NCBI RefSeq assembly: GCF_963853765.1
Contig: NC_088855.1
Location: forward strand, 34,782,001-34,846,000
DNA length: 64,000 bases
Reading direction: 5' to 3'
Source: Magallana gigas
Taxonomy: Eukaryota
The notes below the pieces were generated by a model that worked only from the letters and a program-made list of their open reading frames with translations, ran no database searches and had not been told where the DNA came from. How positions within the stretch are numbered: the first letter of the stretch is position 1; every line of letters begins with the position of its first letter. The position numbers and the translations under genes are program-made. Below are positions 1-13,684 of this stretch, piece after piece.

Positions 1-471
1 GCATTCTGATCAAATTTTGAATAAAAAAATCAAGTCACATAGAATGATCAATCGGGAAAGGGGCTGCTACCTTCAAACTTTTTCTTCATACGCATTTTTT
101 CTGAAATTTACTATAAAAAATTCAATAATGAAGGACCCCCCTCTCACCCTCCTCCACCCCCTCCCCCCCCCCCCCCCTCGATGCTATGTTTCTGAAACTC
201 AGTGTGAATTTATAATTTTGTTTTAATAAAGTTATGCTTTCATCATGTAATAATGCGAATATTATTTTTGACTTACAATGCTTTTACTGTTCGTTATATT
301 ATTATACAATTTGCAAATAATTTCAATTCAATCGGTTCTTTAATTGTTGAAAACCATAAAAATAAATTATATTGCAGACGACATCTTAATGTGAATGTAT
401 TTAAAAAGCAGAGAAAGTTATTAAGGAATAATTTTACACTGCACCAAATGTTATTTGGCTTAAATTTATAG

Positions 472-530
472 AGGGCTACTGGACAGGAGGTAAGGATGAC
501 GTCACGGAAGGTCTATGGGTCTGGATATAA
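472..530 (+). pseudogene. C-type lectin copy 1: remnant of last exon with internal deletion
   Basis: After tttatag the sequence reads (E)GYWTGGKDDVTEGLWVWI* like exon 5 of the other copies. It then jumps directly to lectin 3' UTR sequence (caacagccatctgctatcta...), so the EPN/WND part is missing. Confidence 0.75.
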
Positions 531-989
531 CCAAAGAGCAACAGCCATCTGCTATCTAATGCTAGTATATCTAGATGGAGTAACGGCTACACGCGTGATC
601 TTGTAAGCGACTGTACATAGCTAAAATTTTGGATAATGATCAAATATCTTTTGTCAATATGTTTTAATGTTTTTGTTACTTTGTAAAAATGTTTTTTAAG
701 AAAAACAACTGTATTACAATACTCATCTTATTTTTGGGCACAGTATGATTCGATCAATGTCAATAAAAAATATACACAATTAAAAAAACCAGATTTCAAA
801 TACTAAGCAAGTTAAAACAGGTGTTATTTCTAACAATACGTATTTCAGCATTAAGGTAACTGGAATGATTTACTCGTATATGTTTAGTTTAATTATATAT
901 TATCTAGGTTTCAAAACAAAAACAAGTAAATTAATGTAGAAATATAGTTTCAATAATATTTGTAATATGACGCTGCCTTTATTCCTTTT

Positions 990-1720
990 ATGACGCTTAT
1001 ATTCATATGAAGCAGAATTAATTCAAAAGCTTGTGCAAGGAAAGAATAAAACACTTGCTGTGGCCTTCAACTCGACATTTAAATATATTGATGATGTTTT
1101 ATCTATTAAGAAATGTTACTTTTTATTTTATATTAACTCGTCTATCCGAGTGAGATCGAAATAAAAGATACCACATATTCTTAGATTCTGTTTCATATTT
1201 GGATAGTTTACAAGAAAAAGACATTAATGGTGGCCTAACAACAAAGCTATAAGATAAACATGATGATAATTTTAATTTTTCCATCGTCAACTTCCCTTAT
1301 ATAGCAATATACCATCATCATCTGCTTATGGGATATATGTCCCTCAGTTTATTCGTTATGCAAGAGCATGCTCTGTCTTAAGCGAGGCAAGCTACAAACA
1401 AACAAGTTATTGGAACAAAAATATCAAGAATTTCAAATAAAATGATTTAAAAATAAAAATAAAAACGCAAGTTCAATGGTCGTTACAATGACATTGTCAG
1501 CAAGTACAGTGTTTCCTTAAGACACATGCTGACTGGCGTTTTTCATACTTTATACACCGGACTCACTACGGTTTCTTCCGTTTTTCATGATCATGACAAT
1601 GAGCACACGGTGGGTGCGACCGGTCGGCAGGAGATGCTTACTCCTCCTAGGCACCTGATCCCACCTCTATCTTTTTAGAAGTCCGTGTTGCTCGGCTTTG
1701 AATCTGCAATTTGCTTCATG
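990..1720 (+). mobile_element. Degenerate Penelope-like (RT) retroelement fragment
   Basis: Reads LYSYEAELIQKLVQGKNKTLAVAFNSTFKYIDDVLSI, which contains the YIDD RT motif. Broken frames follow that resemble ...DDFNFSIVNFPY...AYGIYVPQFIRYARACS. Multiple stops and frameshifts. Confidence 0.7.
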
Positions 1721-2007
1721 GATTTTTGAGCTGATTCAAATTTTGTCATTGTCATTTTCCATTTCTTCATTCGTTAATAAGAAAGCAGAACATCTTATAT
1801 TTATCTAACTTTACAGATTAAAAGTAACTTAGGATTTAGAATTTTTCTTTTGTAATAATTAGGACCCCGCCCTCCGAGCGACCTATAGTGAACTGTATTT
1901 CCATTCCATCCGAGATCACTTGTCGTGAGCATATCGTCTCTCCACGTGGACAAAGATATTAACACGAACATAACATTTCATATCAAGGCATCAAGGACAT
2001 TAGAAGC

Positions 2008-2008
<1 letters not shown>

Positions 2009-2060
<52 letters not shown>
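2009..2060. repeat. (CT)n microsatellite
   Basis: Directly visible. Confidence 0.95.
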
Positions 2061-2063
<3 letters not shown>

Positions 2064-2469
2064 GCAAAATATTAAGGATGTCAACAAGTACTCGACTATC
2101 GGTCGGTCACGACGATCATCGACTAAAACTTTTCAGTCGATTACTCGCTATAAAGGGAACAAAACATCAAAATATTTCAGGGTTTTTTTTACTTAATGCG
2201 GCGGTTTTTAGTTTTCGAATAAAAATAACATATTTTTAATCTCGGAAAGTTTGAGTCGTAAGTGACAATCTGTTCCATAGGTGTTCAATCGGTGTCCCTG
2301 GCTAATAATTGATTTCATTTTGTAGATCAAATTATTGTTTTGAATAGAAGTACTTAGAATGACATGTACTGGAGCTTAACCTCCACGCATGTTGCAAGAG
2401 AGGGATTAATATAAGCCTTATGGCTTGTTTCCCGATCTTACAATTGTAATTATCATCATGTAAATGTAT

Positions 2470-3010
2470 TTGAATCTATAATGAATAAATATTGTTTAAA
2501 CTAACCTCCCACGCTGTTAAACAAATCTTTAAAAAGTACGAGACCCGCGTCAAAGCGTCAATATTTACAACAGGGGGAGATATGCTTTGTGCGCCAAGAA
2601 AATCAAACCCAAAACTGTCTTACAAAACGTTTCCTAAACACAAATCAATGAGACCTGCTGTGACGGCTAACGACTTTCTCGAGTACTTCAAAACCCTAGA
2701 GGGGACCACTCTAACAGAAGACCTGCATCCGAAACTGGATGAAGAATCAATGTTTGAAGAACTGGAAAAAGAAATTGTATTCGAGGAAATTTGAAACGCA
2801 GTGAAAAACACGAAAAACGAAAAGTCTTGTGGTCCTGACATGATGTTAAATGAAACTTTTAAATATTACATAAATTTGCTGTTGCCATCTCTACATTATT
2901 TATTTAACAACATTTTAAACAAGGGTTTTCCCATCACTTTGGTCCAGAGCTTTCATCGTACCGATTCATAAAAAAGGCGACATCTCCATTCCGAACAGCT
3001 ATCGTGGTAA
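2470..3010 (+). mobile_element. Degenerate non-LTR retrotransposon (CR1/L2-like) RT N-terminal fragment
   Basis: EELEKEIVFEEI*NAVKNTKNEKSCGPDMMLNETFK...LLLPSLHYLFNNILNKG, then after a frameshift WSRAFIVPIHKKGDISIPNSYRG. These are the typical K-S-x-GPD and PIHKKGD..YR motifs. Confidence 0.75.
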
Positions 3011-3019
3011 GACCGCGGA

Positions 3020-3441
3020 ACATTAACTGGCAAAATTGGAAATATACAGCTTACGTTAGTTTCACTTGTTACAGTCAAAACATTTGAAATGGGCGAGAAC
3101 AAATTGACACGGACGTCTGAGAAAACATTGGATTAAAACTGTACATGTAGTTATAGGAAATGAATGTGTTAATCGTTAGTAACTGTTTATTTGTGGTTAA
3201 AATGAATAAAAAGATAGACATATCAGCTTGAAAGAGATTTTTACTGGTATATTTAACCTTTGTAAACAAAAACAGTGCACGAGCCATGTTTACATGACGA
3301 AGAATTTAGAGCCATGTATCTTGCTTAAACCTCATCGACTGGCACCCAAATTTCATTTGATCATTAGAAATGCATTCCTAAAGCATTGTAAATAATAAAA
3401 ACAGAAAGATAAAATTTGACCAAAATCGTGACCATGCCCCT
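3020..3441. mobile_element. Partial TTAA-type (Kolobok-like) MITE, right end only
   Basis: The end aaaatcgtgaccatgcccct|ttaa resembles the right terminus of the intact element at 50837-51355 (aaatcgtgtccaagtccct|ttaa). The left end was not found. Confidence 0.4.
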
Positions 3442-5930
3442 TTAAGTACAATTGTAAATTCCTAGAAACTTGAAAAAAGTTGTTTTTGTAATCACAACGG
3501 CATTGAAGATGTTTTTTACTTTGTGTTAAAATGCCCCATTTACATTTAGATCAAGATACATTAAGAATTATTATGTTAAAAAACATCTATGTTCCAACTT
3601 GTCCAGTTATTTAGTTCAAACAATACCAAAGAGTTATGAAACCTTGGTAAAAAAAAATTCTATTGCAATCATATTAAATCATATTATCAGTATCATATAT
3701 ATCTATTGTATCTCACAATATTTTATATGATGTAATCATATATAAAAGTTGTATGTTGTTCTCCATAGCGAGAATGCACGCTCTGCAGAGACTCTGAAGT
3801 CTACTGGCTTCGCATTTTGCGTGCCTCGCATATGTTTATACTTATGTTCAATACTGATGAGCTTATTGCTCAAAGTTGAAATGAATAATAAAAAAATAAT
3901 AATAAGTTGAGCAATTAGTTTTTTCTTCTATTCAGTTATTCATTGGATAAATGTTTAATCAAAATTTTAACTGATCATATCAATAAACATCTCAAGGCGT
4001 TAGTTTTTAATAATCAATAATCTTTAGTTGTTGATTAGGCATGGAACAATGCCTTAATTAACCAAGAAAAGGTCACATATGATTTGCCAAGATGATATGT
4101 AGCTCAATTATGTGTACGCGTCAAAAGAAAAACTAGAACATTTCCAAACGGATATTTAGATATTTTACTTTTCAATTTATTTCAAATCAAATACCGGAAC
4201 ATTTATTAAATATCATCACAAGTTTTTAAATCTTATTTTTTAAATAAGTTTTAAAATACTGTATGTAAGAGTAGAATTGAAAAGGACACACAGTTTCAAA
4301 TAATCCAACGATACTGGAGTATCGTTCGACTAACCCACCGATTAATCGACTAAGCCAACTGAGTAAAATTGACACCCCTGCAAAATATCCATGTTTTATC
4401 AAACAATTTAGATTAGGAATCCAGTGTTTGATAAAATTAGTATTTAATATAAAATGTTGAGTATATTGAATACGTGAAACTACAGAAGCATCGCATGAAT
4501 CTCCTACTAAGAGGATTGAGGTTTGCTTTTGAGTATGTAAATTTCTAACCTTTTGTACACTTGAAACAAGTGGTTGTGTGGCATGCTACTGAACATCATC
4601 ACAACTTTCTTTAAGGACATTGTTTACTCAGAATTTAAGTTCTCAAATTCTTATTGTTATAAAGTTCAATGTCATGAGTAAAATTTGTTCTTAACACAAA
4701 ATGTTTTATGAAATGAATGATTATTGACATCATAACTTTCGATATTTTTATTATGTTATGGAATTAGGCTCAAACATACTTGGTCTCTTTGAAACAGAAG
4801 AAATTTGGACTAAATTTGCTCAGATTTTGGTTTTTTTTTTCACTGAAATATTTTTGGTAGTACTATATTATTTAAAGTTAGGATTTTATTTATAATAGGG
4901 AACATAATTTTGCATATTTTCTGTTGGTGTTATCTCATGTTTTCATTTAGACAATAGTATGGCACTCACTATAAAATATTGAAAATTAAATGCTTAAAAA
5001 CGATAATAACGTCACTAGCAGAGTAAGGTAAAGATACTCAGTTTAATAGTATAAATGTTTTAGTGTTATCGTCATTCAGTGTTTTGTTAAATAAAAAAAG
5101 GGTAGGAATTAGAAAACTGTTAGAGGAAATTCGGACTGGGATATTTATAAAAATTGGGAATGAAAACTTAATGCTTTGCATCTACTAGTATTTAGTGTCT
5201 CTGCCTTTCATAAAATGATTTTCATTTTAAAAGCGTTAAGCAGTTTGTATTATTGTCACAATTAAGAAAATCTCAATTTAAATGTTATAAAATTTTTGGG
5301 TTTACAAAACATTTTTCAAAACATTTTCAATGCCCATTAACTTAAAAAGTATGTCATTGACATGAAAGTGAAAAATAACACTACCGTGAAAGGTCTACGA
5401 AACACAATAGATGGTTTTCATTATCATCAATGGATTTTTTTATTCTGAGTAAACGTAATCCTTAATTAAAATTTATTTTGAATAGAAAAATTGTAGAAAT
5501 TTTCTTTGAAGCATTATTTCTTTATAAATTTGAATATGTTTTGCTATTGATTCTTTTCTTGATTCTTTCTAGTCTGCTAAATTCATAACTTGCAAACTCT
5601 ATTTGCATACAAGAAACGAAACCAAAAAACCCCAGAACTTCTGTAAAGAAATTTATAATTGTAATTATGAAGTACTGTGTTGTATCAAGTTTTGCATATA
5701 GGATAGAACACATTTTTGTATCTGTTAATTTGAACAAAATATATTGCGTTGGTCTGCATGAAACTTGCATTTCCCCAAAATATTTGAAAGTTCAGAAACT
5801 AAATACAGACGTATAAGTTGAACACTTATTCTTAAGTACAATTTATAGTATTTATATTGTCAGAAACATTCAGATGAATTCATAAACAGGTTTTTTTTTA
5901 TTGTGATGTGATTCGCATCATATCAAAACG

Positions 5931-7400
5931 ATGAAAAAGTTGACTCTGTTTCAGCTTCTATACTGCTTGTTCAACTACTAGTATTGTTCAGCACAAACTG
6001 TGTATCCAAAGGTGTGCATGGAATTCCTACAGAATTGAACAGACTTGTTCGAAACATGTTTCTCAAGAGATTTATCGAGTTTAAAAAAGACATAGCAAAG
6101 AAAGATAACGGCAGCTTAAAATCGAAAATGGTCAGATGATTTCAAAGAGACAAGATCAACAAAGAACAATAAACTCAGTTACAGACCTTAGAAGAGAATT
6201 GCCAAATCACGTATCTAGAACTGTATCTTTTTGGCATGAAAACAGCGATGTTCTTGGAGAAAATGACAAATCTATCAAACGCAATTGATGACAGAGATCA
6301 ACGATTCAAACGAATGGATTCAGAAGTGATCTCATTACAGGACAAATATACTGACCAGAAAGACAACATAACAGATATGGGAGATACATTGAAGATACTG
6401 ATAAGGGAGCAACAGTGGATGGTCTCTAACGTTTCAGGGCTGTGTGGTAAAATGCAGGAAATGCGTGACGCGACCTCGGTCATGCATCATCGAGCTTCTG
6501 TACAACTTTATCACACAGAATATAACTTTAAAAGGGTTTTTGTTGAACGTTTGCAAAGCGTAAACAACGATTATTCTGAAAATCTCCAAAACATGAAGCA
6601 AGATGTAACGAGCTTATTTGAAGTAGTTTTTAAACAAACAGAGGTCACTACCACTTTGAAGGCTAAAGCATATGTTTTGTCTCTTTATCTTCTAAAATTT
6701 CAAAGAAATGTCAAAATTAAGGATATAAATATATATTAACATGAGTGAATCCAAACTAATCCTCATATTGACTACATGAATGTATTTATATGACAAAGAA
6801 AATTCGTGTTACCGCAAGGTCCCGCTTTTTCGATTAAAAAATCGTCGTTGTAGATAAAACTACTTTGCAAACAAATAGAAAATCGTCTGTTCCATAGATT
6901 TTCTTCCGGGGTATCTTGTTCTTCCGGACAGATATATGTCTTTCTTATTCAAATAAACAGCGAAATCAAATTAGTTGCTGTTGAAAAATAGTGTAACAGG
7001 AAGTCCCAAACATGCTCTACCCAGCAGAACACGTGACTCGTGAAGAGGGCGTGTCTAAAATTATACACAGATGTACAAGAAATAAAACATACAAGAAATT
7101 GACGAGTATATATATACATGTAAGATAGATCAAATGACATGAAATTTACTGACATGTACATTGTGGTAACAGGGCCAAATCTTTCTACCTTTTTTGTCGG
7201 TAAGTTTGTCGGTTTGTGGGTAAGTCTGGCCTATCTAATATTGAAAAAAACCCATACAACTGTACTTCTTTCACAGGCATGTGATTTTTAAAATAAAAAT
7301 CACCAAAAAGTGATGGAAGCAATAACTTGGGACAGACTATAGTATCCAGATGGATAAACGGTTACACGCATTTGATCTTGTAAGCGACTGAACATAGCTA
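5931..7400 (+). pseudogene. Coiled-coil C-type lectin copy 2 (pseudogene)
   Basis: Exon 1 homolog starting MKKLTLFQLLY has an in-frame TAG at 5979-5981 from a 6-nt insertion and further indels. The donor is lost (ttgaaggctaaag versus ttgaaag|gtaaag). Exon 3 is present only in inverted orientation (about 6970-7265), and the 3' UTR resumes at about 7330. Confidence 0.85.
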
Positions 7401-7848
7401 AAACTTTGAATAAGAATTATCTTCTGTCAATATATTTTGATGTTTTTGGTTTTTGGGAAAAAAAATTATTTTAACGAAAAACATACAACTTTATTTAATA
7501 CTCATCTTATTTGGAGATTCAGTATGATTCTATCAATGTCAATGAAAAAAATATACAAAATTGAAGAAAAAAAACAGATTTCAAATACTAAGCAGAACAG
7601 GTGTTCTTTCTAACAATTTATTCAATGATACGGTTTCGTACCAATAAATAATGTACATTAAGATGTATAATACAAATTACAGAACTAGGCGCCTCCTTTT
7701 GTTTCAATGCAATAAGAAAGTTACAACGTATTTCAGTATTAAGGTAACTCGAATGATTTTCAAACCATAAATTAACTAGTATACTTGATGATATTCTGTG
7801 CAAGCGCGGAAATTAACAATTTACACATTAATATGATACAATGCCTAA

Positions 7849-7977
7849 NNNNNNNNNNNNNNNNNNNNNNNNNNNNNNNNNNNNNNNNNNNNNNNNNNNN
7901 NNNNNNNNNNNNNNNNNNNNNNNNNNNNNNNNNNNNNNNNNNNNNNNNNNNNNNNNNNNNNNNNNNNNNNNNNNNNN
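7849..7977. other. Assembly gap (N run)
   Basis: Directly visible. Both flanks match the contiguous sequence at about 20530-20640. Confidence 0.98.
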
Positions 7978-10214
7978 ATTACTTTCTTAACCTATTCTTT
8001 AAATTCAAAATAAAAAACCATGCATCTGCATTGCTTGATTTTTAGAAGAGCGGGCAGGGATAAAATGTACAGAAATGGATAATGTATACATATACGTGGC
8101 CTTATTTTTTTTTGGTTGCAGCTGGCTGGAAAAAAAGCAATTTTTTAAAATCTAAAACCAGTGCGTCGTATCTCTAAATTTTGTTCTATATGTCAAATTT
8201 CACTATAATTAACCCCCCCCCCCCCCACCCGCACACACACAATTCAACTTCATCGTTTTATGCATACATCATTGAAGACCCTTCACAATTGGCGCACGAA
8301 CACGTTGCGCTTTTTAAAGGTTGAAAGGTAAGTTGCAGCTGTTAATGCGTGTGTTTTGCTACCATATGAGGATGTTGCTCAACGTGTCTTATGTAAACTT
8401 AAAAATCGGTTTCAGTTTGCCATGCTTTGCCACTAGCATATATACACTGTATATGCATATCTGTTTCACACCACACTTAAAAGACCTTGGATCCTGCTTC
8501 ACCAATACCTCCTCGCCGTCTGCTTCGGCTGTTGCTTTTGTCATTTTATTTGGCGGCATCTTCACTCGAATATAACTGTGTCTACTGAAGAGCGTCGGAA
8601 TCTGACAGTATATATATTTCTCTCTGACTCGTATGAGCATTCGTATCATGAAACGCATGATCGGACGAGCGCCGCTCGATCAATTGAATTGGCACACGTT
8701 CAATGGTCTGATCACCTGGTCTTTCGTGCGATCCTATCACATTATCTTATTAACTCGCTTGCATTATACAACAGTCGCGCATAGACGCAGGATGTATAGC
8801 AAGACTTAATGCGTTTACATCGCGCAACGGTAGCTTTAGATCGTGCGAATTTCGTACAAATACTGTTTCATTTTTTCGGCAACAGTTTACGATCCATATC
8901 TAATTTTTACTGATGCACGAATATTTTATTACTTCTGCTCGTGCACCAATTTTGAGATAGAGGGGCTTTATTCATAAAGCCGTAGAACACAATCTGTTCA
9001 TTATTTACAAATTAATGACTAAGGATTACTACCAATCTTCTGTGGTAAAAAAATGTATGAAATTATAAAAATGCTAGTGTATGCATATTCATTTGCATAT
9101 TTTAAACCAGTTTTCAGTTTCAAAGTATTTGCCCGAAGATTAACTCGCCCTGCACTTTCCACCATAATGCTAATTAGTCAACCCGCATTCCTGGGTACCC
9201 TGTTCTGGAAAATTCTTTTATAGTAAAATCGCGTTTAGGTGTTAACATTTTCACATTAACGAGAGAAGTCTGATCCAAGGTATCTGCCCACGATGCATGC
9301 TGAACTCGTCTTACACTTTTCGTTAAGAAGTCAACCCGCGTTTTTTGGTTTTCCCGTTTTGGAAAGTTCTGTCCCACCCTCTCACCAAAGGTCGTGCTTC
9401 GCAAGGGAATGAGTTCCATCCATTAAAACTAAAGTCGCGCATGCAAGAAACGAATTGCTTTTATCTAATTTATTCAACAGTCATCTTTTAACTTCTATGT
9501 GTACTCTAAGTAAGTTTCCAGTTTGCAACACGGTTCCTGCTTAGTTGTATCACATTTAATTAATAAAAGCTGCTTGGTTTATATCAAATTTTGTGCACGT
9601 TTTTAAACGATGGTTTTCAGTGCTAAGTATATGTATAATAATACAAATTGCAGTATTTTTCCCAGTCAATTAAACCAAATTTCAATAAAAACAAATTATG
9701 TACATAATTTGCTAACAAAACAAACGGCAAAAAAAGGTATTGTGTTATTTCACCTCTTATGAAAATTCACCCTGAAGCAAAGACGGGTACGGTTATGTTA
9801 CGACTTTGACATCGCTATAAATAAAGGTCGTAATGTTCAGGCAAATTGCGAACAAACCTATGTATGTTTTGTTTGCTAAAATTTCTGAAGTTTGCTTTGT
9901 GTACAACTGATGCATATCATGCGAGTTTAATAATCCCAATCATTCGGGGGACGAAACCAACGGTTTTCTTTTCTAAACATCCCATGATGCATTTTGTTTT
10001 TGTTTTCTCGTTTTCCCAAAAGGTAGTTATTTTTATTAACTTGAATATTTCTAACTTTGAAAGGAGACCGATTTTGCTGGTGTAAATAGGAGAAAGCCAT
10101 AACTTTCTAAGATAAATGGTTTGTATGGAAAATTATTTGATAGTGCAATTACAAAAAAAAATCTGACCAAGCAGCTTTATCGCAAGTTAACACAAACATA
10201 TAGGCATCAGAAGC

Positions 10215-10216
<2 letters not shown>

Positions 10217-10259
<43 letters not shown>
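10217..10259. repeat. (CT)n microsatellite upstream of lectin copy 3
   Basis: Visible. A homologous tract lies at 16786-16846 upstream of copy 4. Confidence 0.95.
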
Positions 10260-10262
<3 letters not shown>

Positions 10263-10723
10263 TTATAAAGCAATTAGGATTAGGAATCTAGTGTTTGATG
10301 GAATTAGTATTTCATATTAAAAAAAATGAGTGGGCAAAATAACTTTATTGAATTCGTGCAACTATGAAGCATCATAAGATGACTCCTTTAAGGCTTGCTT
10401 TTAATTACGTGATATTCAGTCCTTTTGTGCACTTGAAACAAGTGGTTGTATGACAACATACATTAATAAGTATTGTTATGTGTCTGAGTTTGCATGTGGC
10501 ATTAGAAATATCCTTGTATCTGTTAATATGAACACAATTTATTGCGTTGGTCTACATGAAACTTGTATCCCCCCCCCCAAGTTTTTGAAAGTTCAGAAAC
10601 TAAATACAGACATATAAGTTGAACACTTAACTTTAAGTATGGTATATAAATATTGTCAGAAACATTCAGATGAATTTATTAACAGGATTTCTTTTTATTG
10701 TGATGCGCACCAAAATCGAAACG

Positions 10724-13138
10724 ATGAAAAAGTTGATTCTGTTTCAGTTTCTATATGGCTTGTTCAACTATTGTTCAGCACAAACTGTGTACCCAAACGT
10801 GTGCATGGACATTCCTACAGATTTAAACAGAATTGTTCGAAATATATTTCTCGAAGGATTTATCGAGTTTAAAAAAGACATAGCAAAAATAACGGCAGCT
10901 CAAAATTGGAAATGGTCAGATGATTTCAAAGAGACAAAAAATACTATGAATGCATTAGACGAAGATCAACAACGAACAATAAACTCAGTTACAGAGCTTA
11001 GAAGAGAATTGTCAAATCACGTATCCAGAACTGAATCTCTGGTGCATGGAAACAGAGCGATGTTCTTGGAGAAAATGACAAATCTATCAAACGCAATTGA
11101 TGATAGAGAACAACAATTCAAACTTATGGATACAGAGGTGATTTCATTACAGGACAAATACACAGACCAGAAAGACAACATAACAGATTTGGGAGATACA
11201 TTGAAGATACTGTTAAGCGAGCAAGAGTGGATGGTCTCTAACGTTTCAGAGCTGCACGGTAAAATGCAGGAAATGCGTGACGCGACCTCGGTCATACATC
11301 GACAAGTTTCTGAACAACTTAATCACACAGACGATAATCTTAAAAGGTTTTTTGTTGAAAGTTTGCAAAACGTAACCAAAGAGTATTCTGAAAACCTCCA
11401 AAACATGAAGCAAAATGTAACGAGCTTATTTGAAGTAGTTTTTAAACAAGCAGATGCTGCTGTATCTTTGAAAGGTAAAGCATATATTTAGCCTCTTAAT
11501 CTCATAAAATTTCAAAGAAATGTCAAAATAAAGGTATAAACATATATTCATATGAGCGAATCCAAACTAATCCAAATATTGACGTCATAAATGTATTTAT
11601 ATGAATAAGAAATTTGTGATGCCGCAAGGTCCTGCTTATTCGATTAAAAAATCTTCTTAATAAATAAAACTGCTTTGCAGTCAAATAGAAAAGACGTCTG
11701 ATCCAACGAATATTCATCCAGAGTATTTTTTTCTCCCGGACTTACATCTGACTTTCTTATTTAAATAAAAAGCGAAAGTTAATATTTTTTAATGTTTTGA
11801 GTATTTGATCCTTGCAAGCGACCCTTTAGTCTACATGTACGTGAAAGTACTGATTTTCTCTTTTACTTTATCTTGCATGTACTTCATTTTAATTTTTTGT
11901 ACTCTTAGAGGAAATTAGAAAAAATGCGTTAATGATGGAGCGCCTTCAAGTTGAAATTAGTGAACTGAAAGAAAACATCAGTTTATCAAAAGGTAATTAT
12001 ACGTTTATTTTCATTTTTTTATGTAGAAAAATGAGCATCAGTGCAAACCTGATTTTGAAAGTTTTGAAATCCAAGAGGCTTGATTATCTGAATAAAAATT
12101 TACACAATTGGACTTCGTTAAATTTGACGTGACCTACTCATCATTAGACCTAATTTCCTTTAAAAGACATAATAAAATGTGAGAATAAAAGGAGTTGATA
12201 TTTTGATTTCTATAGTGTATGTTGTGACATATCAGTGTCATATTGTAAAATTAAAATGCACTGGGTGTGGCAATACAGAATATACAATATGACAAAAGGC
12301 ACATAGCTTTGGTTTTTTCAATAGTAGATAGGCCAGACTTATCCAAAAGCACCTTAACACTCGACAAAAAAGGTAGAAATATTTGGCCCTGTTACTACAA
12401 TGTACATGTCAGTAAATTTCATGTCATTTTCTCTATCTTACATGTATATGTTCGTCCATTTCTTGTATGTTTTATTTCTTGTACATCTATGTTTAATTTT
12501 AGACACGCCTTCTACACGAGTCACATGTCCTGCTGGGTGGAGCATGTTTGGGACTTCCTGTTACACTATTTTTCATCAGCAGCTGTCATGGATGAACGCC
12601 TCGGTAACTAACCCCCCCCCCCCCCACTAACATCTTTCAAAATTATGAAATTGTAGGCAGTTTAATGGAGTTTCAAAACTGTATATATAGATTTTAAAGT
12701 AATATTGTGGCATTTATTTTTTGTTTATCTTTTAAGATGAAGTGCTTGACATACGGTTCAAAACTTGTCGAAATAGAAACTAAGGCGGAGAATGATTTTT
12801 TAAAATCTAGCCTGATAAAGGATGAAGGTTTGATTTCTTGTAAAATTTCAAACATTGATCGAAATCAAATACAATTAAGTTACGTTTGTTTTCAAATATA
12901 ATCTATTTTTTATTTTATAGGTAATTACTGGACAGGAGGTAAGGATGACGTCACTGAAGGTCAATGGGTGTGGGTATCGTCAGGAACCACCTTTGATTTC
13001 TTTGACTGGAACACGGGAGAACCCAATGATGTTGGTGGGGAGGATTGTATGGAGATATCTAAACACAGAAACCGCAAAAAATCTTGGAATGATAAGTCAT
13101 GCAAAAGTTCATTAAATTTGATTTGTGAGAAATTTTAA
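10724..13138 (+). CDS. Secreted C-type lectin with long coiled-coil neck (copy 3, intact)
   Basis: Exons 10724-11474, 11909-11992, 12503-12603, 12737-12827, 12921-13138, all GT-AG and in frame. Signal-like MKKLILFQFLYGLFNYCSAQ, then a helical region of about 270 aa. The CTLD reads CPAGWSMFGTSCY..LSWMNAS..C..YGSKLVEI..YWTGGKD..EGQWVW..W..GEPND..GEDC..WNDKSC..LICE, with EPN and WND motifs. Confidence 0.9.
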
Positions 13139-13464
13139 TAGAATTCAGACGCTTAAGACCAACAGCTATTTGCTATATAATGGTAGTATCCAGATGGAAT
13201 AACAGTAATTCATGTGATCTTGTAAGCGACTGTACATACCATAGTTAAAGTAATCAACAGGTCAAAATGTTCTTTGTGTTTTTTGGTACTAATGAGATTT
13301 AAGAAAGACCAAAAACCGACATATAGCAATACTCATCTTATTTGGTTCAATATGATAATATCAATGTCAAATGTTTCTCTGTGATTAAAAAATATCCAGA
13401 AAACAGATTTCAAATACTAAGTACTCAGCAAGTCAGGTGTTTCTTCTTCAAACAATGGTTTGAA

Positions 13465-13684
13465 GAACCATTTTAACAAGAGCTTGGACTTTTGGTAGTT
13501 GTGTCAAACAGCATTGTGACGTAGGCATGTGTATCTCATCTCTGGTCATTCAGTCATGGCTCTTTGAAATCAACAAGATTTGTCTGGCTTTTGTTTCGCT
13601 TGAAACCAGCGTCATTTTAAACTTGTTTTGACGCAAGAAATAGTTACAACCTACTGAAAGTCCAAGGCTTTGTTAAAATGGTTC
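13465..13684. mobile_element. MITE (about 220 bp) with about 27-bp TIRs
   Basis: gaaccattttaacaagagcttggacttt ... aaagtccaaggctttgttaaaatggttc. Confidence 0.75.

Noticed and set aside
1925-2239. ORFs containing SLSL, ERER or YIYI runs (also 16666, 17335, 52930, 59570, 61147)
   Set aside because: Microsatellite translation artefacts.
2085-4385. Similar cgacta-rich segments ending in ccctg at about 2300 and about 4380
   Set aside because: Possibly ends of a hAT-like MITE, but I could not find matching opposite termini or TSDs.
7785-8045. ORF spanning the N run
   Set aside because: Artefact of the assembly gap.
10670-10723. Upstream ATG extending lectin copy 3 (MNLLTGF...)
   Set aside because: It is out of frame in copies 2 and 4. 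The conserved start before the hydrophobic signal is MKKL at 10724.
11017-11295. Recurring minus-strand ORF MTEVASRISCIL (also 6298-6483, 17883-18161)
   Set aside because: It is the antisense shadow of duplicated lectin exon 1.
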